Below the pieces are notes generated by a model. The model did no database searches, was not told the origin of the DNA, and saw only the letters and a program-made list of their open reading frames with translations. Positions 26,350 to 32,967 of a DNA stretch of 32,967 bases are shown in pieces (positions within the stretch are counted from its first letter, which is position 1; every line of letters begins with the position of its first letter). The DNA is taken from contig JAGAFQ010000062.1 in the NCBI GenBank assembly GCA_017612495.1, positions 1 through 32,967 of the forward strand. The letters run 5' to 3'. The position numbers were made by a program, and so were the translations under genes. The stretch comes from Clostridia bacterium (GTDB lineage Bacteria > Bacillota > Clostridia > Oscillospirales > CAG-272).

Positions 26350-26360
26350 CTCTATTTTGA

Positions 26361-26386
26361 ACTTTTTTGCGAAACTTTTTTGCGAA
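26361..26386. repeat. Perfect tandem duplication of a 13-bp unit (acttttttgcgaa x2)
   Basis: 26361-26373 and 26374-26386 are identical. Confidence 0.8.
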
Positions 26387-26511
26387 AAAGGGGATTTTTT
26401 CTGCATTTTTGCAACAATAAGTTTTCAAGTCGGGCTTTTTTGACTTGCAAAATTCCCATATATATTGTATAATATATAATATAATATTATATAGTGCGAT
26501 GGGGGATTTGT

Positions 26512-27258
26512 TTGTCAAACAGACCGACTGTTATTGTCACGGGCGGAGCAAAGGGCATCGGCGCTGCGATTTGCCGCAAATTTGCGCTTTGCGGATATAA
26601 TGTTTTGATCCACTATAATAAAAGCGAAGAGCGGGCGGCGGCACTGAAGAAAGAAATTCTGCTTTGCGGTGCCGACTGCGATATCTTCTGCGGCGATTTG
26701 TCGCAGGCGGAAAATTGCGAAAAGCTTGCCGCTTTTGCAAAAGACCGTTTCGGCGGCATCGACGTTTTGATAAACAACGCAGGCGTTTCTCAAATCGGTC
26801 TTTTTTCGGATATTTCTGAAGAGGACTATGAAAGAGTCTTCGGCGCCAACGTCAAAAGTGCGATCTTCTGTTCCAAAGCGGTTTTGGATATAATGCGCAA
26901 GGACGGCAAAGAGGGCGGAAAGATCATCAACATATCTTCGATGTGGGGCATTTGCGGCGCCTCGTGCGAGGTGCTTTATTCGGCATCGAAGGCGGCGATC
27001 ATCGGCTTAACAAAAGCGCTTGCAAAAGAGCTTTGCTATTCAAAGATCAGAGTCAACTGCATAGCACCCGGCGTTGTAAACACCGATATGTTTACTCATT
27101 ATGATAAAAAAACTCAAAAAGAGATAGCCGACGATATACCGCTGGGGTATGTCGATGAGCCCGAAAACATCGCCGAAACGGCATTCTTTCTGGCATCGGA
27201 CGGCGGAGATTATTTTGACGGACAGGTTTTGAGTCCCAACGGCGGACGTGTTATATAG
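26512..27258 (+). CDS. SDR family oxidoreductase (FabG-like 3-oxoacyl reductase family)
   Basis: The motifs [15 protein letters not shown] and YSASKAA are present. I prefer the TTG at 26512 ([12 protein letters not shown]) because it follows GGGGGA; the ORF track starts at GTG 26494. Confidence 0.8.
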   Translation: MSNRPTVIVTGGAKGIGAAICRKFALCGYNVLIHYNKSEERAAALKKEILLCGADCDIFCGDLSQAENCEKLAAFAKDRFGGIDVLINNAGVSQIGLFSDISEEDYERVFGANVKSAIFCSKAVLDIMRKDGKEGGKIINISSMWGICGASCEVLYSASKAAIIGLTKALAKELCYSKIRVNCIAPGVVNTDMFTHYDKKTQKEIADDIPLGYVDEPENIAETAFFLASDGGDYFDGQVLSPNGGRVI

Positions 27259-27274
27259 AAAGGCGGTAGATACA

Positions 27275-29791
27275 GTGGCACACGAAACTTATGATTACAG
27301 TGCGCACGCAGACCAGAAAATTCTTGACGTAGAGCTTGAAAAAGAGCTTAAAAAATCGTTCATCGACTATGCAATGAGCGTTATCGTCAGCCGTGCGCTC
27401 CCCGACGTGCGCGACGGCTTGAAGCCCGGTCAGCGCCGCATTATGTATGCGATGTATGAGGACCATCTGACGTCGGATCATCCTTTTCAAAAGTCGGCAA
27501 CGACAGTCGGTAACGTGCTCGGCAGATACCATCCGCACGGCGACAGCGCCGTATATGACACAATGGTACGTATGGCGCAGTCCTTTGTTATGCGCTATCC
27601 GCTCGTTGAGGGACACGGCAACTTCGGTAACATTGACGGCGATGAAGCCGCCGCATACCGTTATACCGAGGCGCGTATGTCAAAAATGGCGAGCGCGCTC
27701 ATGCTCGATATCGACAAAGACGTTGTAAATTTCGTGCCGAACTTTGACAACCGTCTGCGCGAGCCCGAGGTCTTGCCCTCCCGCTTCCCGAACTTGCTCG
27801 TCAACGGTTCTGTCGGCATTGCCGTCGGTATGGCGACGAACATCCCTCCTCACAACCTTTGCGAGGTCATCGACGGCGCCGTTTATCTTATGGATCATCC
27901 CGATGCCACCTGCGAAGAGCTTATGCAGTTCGTGAAAGGCCCCGATTTCCCGACGGGCGCCATCATTTGCGGAACGTCGGGCATAAAGGACGCATATTCA
28001 ACGGGCAAAGGCAGAATAATCGTCCGTTCACGCGCCGAGATAAACGAAGAAAAGCACCAGATAATCATCACCGAGATACCCTATCAGGTCAACAAAGCGA
28101 TGCTCGTTGAAAGCATTGCCAACCTACACAAAGAAAAACGTGTTGAAGGCATCAAGGACTTAAAGGACGTTTCGGGCAAAAACGGAATGAAGATCATCGT
28201 CGAATACAGCCAGAACGCGAACGGCGAGGTCATTCTCAACCAATTATATAAATATACTCAACTTCAGGATACCTGTGCCGTCAATATGCTTGCGATCGTT
28301 GACGGTGCGCCGAAGATCTTGAATTTGAAAGAGATGCTCTCTCACTATATTTCTCATCAGCAGAGCGTATTTTCGCGCCGCACCAAGTTCGATCTTGAAA
28401 AGGCGCTTGCCCGTGAGCACATACTTGAAGGACAGATGCGCGCCATCGAGGATATTGACAGAGTTATCGAGATCATACGCGCATCCGATTCCGTTGCAAA
28501 CGCAAAGACGGCTTTGATCGAAGCATTCGGACTTACCGATATTCAGGCGCAGGCGATAGTCGATATGACCTTGGGCAAACTTGCAGGTCTTGAAAGGATC
28601 AAGATCGAAGACGAGCTTGCCGAAAAGCGCGCGCTCATTGAAGAATTGCGTTCGATCTTATCTGATGAGAGCAAGCTCACCGCGCTCGTCAAGGATGCGA
28701 TAAGCGAACTCAAAACCAAATTCGGCGACGAAAGAAAGACCGAGATCGCCGCTCCCATAAACGATATCGACCTTGAAGATATGATCGAAAAGCACGACTG
28801 CGTTATCACCACGACGCGCTCGGGCTATGTAAAGCGCCTGCCTGCCGACACATACAGCGCACAGCACAGAGGCGGCAAGGGCATCACCGGTATGACGACG
28901 AAAGAGAGCGACCTTGTTGAAAACGTTATGGTCGTTCACTCACATTCGAGCATTCTGATGTTCACAAATACGGGCAAAGTATTTGTAAAGAAAGCATATC
29001 AGATCCCCGAAGCCGGCAGAACGGCAAAGGGCACCAACATCGTGAACATACTTGAACTTTCCGAGAACGAAAAAGTCACGGCGGCTATCGCCATTGACGA
29101 TTTCTGCGACGGCAGCATTCTTGATATGATCACAAAGAAAGGCGTCATCAAGCGCTGCGAGCTTTCGGAATTTGAATATCAGCGCCGCGGAGGCAAGATC
29201 GCCATTGATCTTGACGAGGGCGATGAGCTTATTTACATGCTCCGCACCGACTGCACAAAGCATATCGTTATCGCCACCAAGGAGGGCAACGCTGTCCGCT
29301 TTGACGAAAACGATGCCCGTTTGCTCGGCAGAAATGCGCGCGGTGTTCGCGGCATTCAGCTCCACGAGGGCGACGAGGTCGCGGGCGTTGCGATAGTCGA
29401 TGATTCAAAGGTACTTGTCACCATTACCGAAAACGGCTACGGCAAGCGCTCCGCGTTTGACGAATTCGCTTGCAGAAGCCGCGGAACGATCGGTGTATGC
29501 TGTCATACCCTTTCTGAAAAGACGGGACGTCTTTGCGGCATTGCCGCAGTTTCAGACGACGACGATCTTATGATGATAACCGATGACGGCATCATTATTC
29601 GTACGTCGGTCGAGGAGATACCCGTATATCGCAGAAGCGCCTCGGGCGTAATCGTTATGCGTCTTTCAGAGGGAGCAAAGGTCGTAAACTTCGCTGTTGC
29701 AAAGAAGCAGGATGAAGACGACGGCGAGGGTGAGGGCGACGAAGAAACCCCCGAAACGGCAGAATCCCCCGAAACAGCCTCTGAAAACTGA
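27275..29791 (+). CDS. gyrA: DNA gyrase subunit A
   Basis: Motifs present are [41 protein letters not shown] and the catalytic [10 protein letters not shown]. The GyrA-box-like QHRGGKG in the C-terminal beta-pinwheel argues for GyrA rather than ParC. The C-terminal tail is acidic. The start could be GTG 27275 or GTG 27248. Confidence 0.93.
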   Translation: MAHETYDYSAHADQKILDVELEKELKKSFIDYAMSVIVSRALPDVRDGLKPGQRRIMYAMYEDHLTSDHPFQKSATTVGNVLGRYHPHGDSAVYDTMVRMAQSFVMRYPLVEGHGNFGNIDGDEAAAYRYTEARMSKMASALMLDIDKDVVNFVPNFDNRLREPEVLPSRFPNLLVNGSVGIAVGMATNIPPHNLCEVIDGAVYLMDHPDATCEELMQFVKGPDFPTGAIICGTSGIKDAYSTGKGRIIVRSRAEINEEKHQIIITEIPYQVNKAMLVESIANLHKEKRVEGIKDLKDVSGKNGMKIIVEYSQNANGEVILNQLYKYTQLQDTCAVNMLAIVDGAPKILNLKEMLSHYISHQQSVFSRRTKFDLEKALAREHILEGQMRAIEDIDRVIEIIRASDSVANAKTALIEAFGLTDIQAQAIVDMTLGKLAGLERIKIEDELAEKRALIEELRSILSDESKLTALVKDAISELKTKFGDERKTEIAAPINDIDLEDMIEKHDCVITTTRSGYVKRLPADTYSAQHRGGKGITGMTTKESDLVENVMVVHSHSSILMFTNTGKVFVKKAYQIPEAGRTAKGTNIVNILELSENEKVTAAIAIDDFCDGSILDMITKKGVIKRCELSEFEYQRRGGKIAIDLDEGDELIYMLRTDCTKHIVIATKEGNAVRFDENDARLLGRNARGVRGIQLHEGDEVAGVAIVDDSKVLVTITENGYGKRSAFDEFACRSRGTIGVCCHTLSEKTGRLCGIAAVSDDDDLMMITDDGIIIRTSVEEIPVYRRSASGVIVMRLSEGAKVVNFAVAKKQDEDDGEGEGDEETPETAESPETASEN

Positions 29792-29818
29792 TCGGGTAAT
29801 TTAGGCTTTAACAAATAT

Positions 29819-29846
29819 AAAAACCGCTCGAAAGAGCGGTTTTTTC
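29819..29846. terminator. Bidirectional intrinsic terminator between gyrA and the convergent lipoprotein gene
   Basis: aaaaaccgctc-gaaa-gagcggtttttt has an A run on one side and a T run on the other. Confidence 0.8.
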
Positions 29847-29853
29847 TGTATTC

Positions 29854-30315
29854 TTATTCAAATTCAGCCATAACGGCGGAATATTTATTGTCGAACTGAT
29901 TTGCCACGGCATTAAGATAATCTTCATTCAGATTATAACAATAGCTCGACAGCATACTTTGGCAGGCAAGAAGTGTTATGCTGCTGCTCGGAATATCGTA
30001 TGTCGCCAATATCTCTTTCGCCTTTTCGACGCGAATAGTGGGTAACGCTTCAAATTCCTCTCGGGTTTTGAGCCGATTTGTGCCTGACATCAAACGGCAC
30101 GAAAAAGAGCCGTTTGCCATACTGAAAACATATACTTCAATGCCCTTGGGCGTTTCAAGATGATAATAATCTTCAATGCTCGGCGCAATAAACGTTTCGT
30201 CTTTTCCGCTTTCCTGCGTCGGAATATCGTCTTTCGTTGTGTTTTTTGCTTCGCTTTTGCAGGAGGCAAAAGATATCAGCATCAAAAAGCAAAGAATGAT
30301 CGTAAATTTTTTCAT
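29854..30315 (-). CDS. Hypothetical lipoprotein
   Basis: The signal peptide MKKFTIILCFLMLISFASC has lipobox-like FASC. The RBS is AGGAGGAA. I recognise no family. Confidence 0.6.
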   Translation of the reverse strand: MKKFTIILCFLMLISFASCKSEAKNTTKDDIPTQESGKDETFIAPSIEDYYHLETPKGIEVYVFSMANGSFSCRLMSGTNRLKTREEFEALPTIRVEKAKEILATYDIPSSSITLLACQSMLSSYCYNLNEDYLNAVANQFDNKYSAVMAEFE

Positions 30316-30323
30316 ATTTCCTC

Positions 30324-31052
30324 CTATTGAATCGGACTTGCCGTGATCTTTGCGTATTTTCTCGGATATTTTGCCGGAGTGTTTGCGATCTTTTCGATAA
30401 CGATTATGTGTCTTGCGGCAGTTTCATCATCACATATCAAAGAGATCTCTTTATCTTCTGTTACCCTGCCGCCGAGCAGAGCTATTGCCTTTGCCGCTCT
30501 TTCAAGTTCCACTTTTCCGCTTTGACCTTTTAAGGCGACAAAACGTCCGCCCACCTTGACAAAGGGCAGACAAAGCTCGCACAAAACGGGCAGATTTGCA
30601 ACGGCTCTTGCCGTGACGGTATCGAATTTTTCGCGGTATTCCTCTTTTTGCGAAAATTCCTCCGCTCTGCCGGAAATTCCGAGAATATTTGATATGCCGC
30701 TGACTTTTGCGGTGTTGTTTATATAGGCTGTCTTTTTTGCGGTGCTGTCAAGGGATAAAACGTCGCAGTCGGTGAGCGCGGCGATGACGAATGACGGAAA
30801 CCCCGCTCCCGCGCCTACGTCAAGTATCTTTTTGCCGCAAATATGCGGTATCGCAAACGCGCTGTCGGTTATGTGCTTTGAGATCATTTCGCACTCGTCC
30901 TTTATGGCGGTGAGATTCATATTCGCACCGACTGACGCAAGCTCGCCTGTCATTTTATGAAGTTTTTCGGCACCGCTTTGTGAAAAGAGCTCCTCGATTC
31001 CGTTTTTTCGGAAAGAGGACCTCATTTTTTCGCAGAAAATATCAAAATCCAT
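30324..31052 (-). CDS. rsmG: 16S rRNA (guanine527-N7)-methyltransferase
   Basis: The GidB/RsmG motifs are NLTAIKD...HITDS and ILDVGAGAGFPS. The length is 242 aa. Confidence 0.85.
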   Translation of the reverse strand: MDFDIFCEKMRSSFRKNGIEELFSQSGAEKLHKMTGELASVGANMNLTAIKDECEMISKHITDSAFAIPHICGKKILDVGAGAGFPSFVIAALTDCDVLSLDSTAKKTAYINNTAKVSGISNILGISGRAEEFSQKEEYREKFDTVTARAVANLPVLCELCLPFVKVGGRFVALKGQSGKVELERAAKAIALLGGRVTEDKEISLICDDETAARHIIVIEKIANTPAKYPRKYAKITASPIQ

Positions 31053-31055
31053 CGT

Positions 31056-31475
31056 TTAGTTCTTTCTTTGTGCATCAAGATAGTTTTGAAGCATGATCTC
31101 GGCGGAAAGCGTATCGACGATCTGTCTTTGCGCTTTTTTGCGAGTGCCCGTTTGATGCATGTAGGTATAGGCGCAGACCGTTGTCAGCCTTTCGTCTATA
31201 AGCTTGACTTCGATCGTCGTCTTTTCTCTTATCATATCGGCAAAGAGACGCGCTTTTTCGGAGCGCGGGCCCAAAGTGCCGTTCATATTTATCGGGTGTC
31301 CGACCAAAATAAGCTCACATCCGAGTTCTTCCGCCTTTTTTATGCAGTCGGCGGCGACTTGCGTAAGCCCCGATGTCTTTATATATCCGATGCCGCTTGC
31401 CAAAAAGCCCGACGGATCGGAAACGGCGAGGCCCGTTCGCGCATCGCCGTAGTCTATGCTTAAAATCCTTGCCAA
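31056..31475 (-). CDS. ruvX: Putative pre-16S rRNA nuclease / Holliday junction resolvase-like protein YqgF
   Basis: RILSIDYGDARTGLAVSD, LILVGHPINMNGT, DERLTT and a length of 139 aa fit YqgF/RuvX. Confidence 0.88.
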   Translation of the reverse strand: MARILSIDYGDARTGLAVSDPSGFLASGIGYIKTSGLTQVAADCIKKAEELGCELILVGHPINMNGTLGPRSEKARLFADMIREKTTIEVKLIDERLTTVCAYTYMHQTGTRKKAQRQIVDTLSAEIMLQNYLDAQRKN

Positions 31476-31497
31476 AATTTACTCCTTGATAAAACCG

Positions 31498-32445
31498 TCA
31501 ATCATCCTTGCCGATGCCTTGGCGGATAATATAGTTTTCGAGTTCTTCCTTTGTGGGAAAAGCGCTCACGGTGCCGTCTTTTGAAGCACAGTATGCTCTT
31601 GCCGCTTCACCGTGGCGAATGGCGCTCATCGCATCGTGACTTGAAAGGTAATCGCATATCAAAGCGGACGAGAACGCCGCCGAAAGCTTTGACGGGTCGG
31701 CTATGTCGGCAGGGTCTGTATATGAGCGCTCGACTTGCATGGTCTTGCCGTCATATATCGCGCTGCCTCTGCAGCCGAGGTCAACGGCGAAATATTTTGC
31801 CTTGATCTGCACAGAGAGCTTGATCACGGCATCAAAGCAGGTCTGAATGTCAAGGGGAGCGATGCCCGAAAGCTGTTCGACCTCTTTGGGACCGACAATG
31901 AGCATTTCTATAACGGGCATATTTTCTTTGTTGAATCTGAAACCGTTGTTTTTTCTTGCGTCATAGAAAACGGGAATATCCTGCTGTTTTGAAAATTCAA
32001 GCGCGTCTTCGATACGGGGGATCGCCATATCGCCGCAAATATAGGAATAATCGGGATAGCAGGTGAACGCGTCTTCGATATCGTCCGAAGAAAAAGAGGA
32101 GATCGCGCCCTCATAACGCATTTTTGACATTTTGCCTTCGGTATCGGAGGCAATTATCACGGTGCTCGTCTTGCGGCGCGTATCGATGGAGATAAAGCGC
32201 GTATCGACTCCTGCGTCGCTTATCGTCTGGCGAATAAGACTTCCGTTCATATCGCCGCCGAGCTTTGAGCAAAGCACCGAGTCAAGGCCGCCTCTTGAAA
32301 GCGCGACCGAAACGAGCGCGCCGGCACCTCCCGGTGCAAACGAGCAGCGCGAGGCGCGTATTTCGCCCTCACCGCTCGGCAAATCATCGACTCCCGTGTG
32401 GATGGTGAACATAGAGTTGCCGACTGTTAAAATTCTGCGGAGCAT
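31498..32445 (-). CDS. PfkB/ribokinase-family protein with degenerate catalytic motif
   Basis: The ribokinase-like N-terminus is ILTVGNS...APGGAGALVSVALSRGG. The position of the DTTGAGDAF signature reads DPSKLSAAF. Confidence 0.6.
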   Translation of the reverse strand: MLRRILTVGNSMFTIHTGVDDLPSGEGEIRASRCSFAPGGAGALVSVALSRGGLDSVLCSKLGGDMNGSLIRQTISDAGVDTRFISIDTRRKTSTVIIASDTEGKMSKMRYEGAISSFSSDDIEDAFTCYPDYSYICGDMAIPRIEDALEFSKQQDIPVFYDARKNNGFRFNKENMPVIEMLIVGPKEVEQLSGIAPLDIQTCFDAVIKLSVQIKAKYFAVDLGCRGSAIYDGKTMQVERSYTDPADIADPSKLSAAFSSALICDYLSSHDAMSAIRHGEAARAYCASKDGTVSAFPTKEELENYIIRQGIGKDD

Positions 32446-32558
32446 CTGTTTTTCCCCCTATTCGGACATACTGATATCTTTATATTATATTATACTATAT
32501 TTTTTACCGTTTGTAAATATATCGCTTGTTTCGGCATAGACTTATATGGGTGAGATAT

Positions 32559-32945
32559 ATGCTTTGCAAGATAAACAGACGGGTTTTGAGAATAAAAGAA
32601 AAAGGGATAGAGGGGGAGATCGCCTTTCCCGAAATTGACGCGCATTCGCTTGTGAAAAACTTTTATTACCGCGCGGCGAAAAGATATATCAAAAAATATA
32701 AAAATGCCGCAAAAAAGCGATACGTCAAAGCGGATTATAAGGTTTTTTCAAGCGAAAACAGAGAATATGCAAAAATTTTGTGGATCTTCAAGACCGCCTA
32801 TTCGGATAAAATTTACCGCAAAACGTTTATTCATTATTGGAAAACCGACCAAAGGCCCTGCGTCATATCAAAGAAGAAATACCTTGAGAAAATAAAAAAC
32901 GCGGATAATTTGCAAACATCCGCAATAGGTGTTGACAAACGGTAA
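32559..32945 (+). CDS. Hypothetical basic (Lys/Arg/Tyr-rich) protein
   Basis: The ORF has an ATG at 32559 after GGGTGAG. I recognise no family, and coding status is uncertain. Confidence 0.35.
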   Translation: MLCKINRRVLRIKEKGIEGEIAFPEIDAHSLVKNFYYRAAKRYIKKYKNAAKKRYVKADYKVFSSENREYAKILWIFKTAYSDKIYRKTFIHYWKTDQRPCVISKKKYLEKIKNADNLQTSAIGVDKR

Positions 32946-32967
32946 ACATTCATTGTATAATAATTAT

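Noticed and set aside
26327-26518. 63-aa ORF on the minus strand between tRNA-Met and the SDR gene
   Set aside because: It covers the tRNA promoter, a 13-bp tandem duplication and the AT-rich SDR promoter. It has no RBS.
8467-27274. The 18.8-kb gyrB-gyrA intervening block as an integrated mobile element or genomic island
   Set aside because: The content is core housekeeping (prfA, sua5, coaE, truB, rbfA, nrnA, rsmI, spoIIE, tRNAs). I saw no integrase, transposase, phage or conjugation genes and no obvious compositional shift. Rearrangement is a better explanation.

Overview
This window looks like the chromosomal replication-origin region of a moderate-GC, spore-forming Firmicute, probably class Clostridia. 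The evidence is the dnaA-dnaN-recF-remB(DUF370)-gyrB block, spoIIE and a clostridial 2x[4Fe-4S] ferredoxin. Nearly all coding capacity is housekeeping: tmk, dnaA, dnaN, recF, gyrB, gyrA, prfA, sua5/tsaC, coaE, truB, rbfA, nrnA-like, rsmI, rsmG and ruvX, plus tRNA-Ser, tRNA-Glu and tRNA-Met. I found no recognisable defence system, prophage, transposase, CRISPR array or secondary-metabolite cluster. The items worth a second look are as follows. (1) Two intergenic mirror arrays each carry a 7-nt motif AATGA(T/A)G about 4 times, followed by its reverse complement about 4 times, with short hairpins as spacers (14.2-14.4 kb and 19.0-19.3 kb). A third, simpler periodic palindrome lies at 1.2 kb. All three sit at gene junctions that are also synteny breakpoints. 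(2) An oriC core with a GC cluster, DnaA-trio-like CTA repeats and an AT-rich tract lies just upstream of dnaN, but neither flank of dnaA has a consensus DnaA box. (3) The origin neighbourhood is heavily rearranged: gyrA lies 18.8 kb from gyrB, truB is inverted relative to rbfA-nrnA, and rpmH/rnpA and parAB are absent. (4) Two gene anomalies depend on homopolymer runs: a Sua5-CoaE single ORF hinging on an A6/T6 run, and a 5'-truncated M18 aminopeptidase remnant interrupted at an A8 run. (5) A 67-bp direct repeat plus a duplicated tRNA-Glu 3' fragment resembles an att-like scar. (6) Several proteins have degenerate catalytic motifs: a PGM-like module, a PfkB kinase and an SLT domain. All functional calls come from motif recognition by eye. 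No database search was run.
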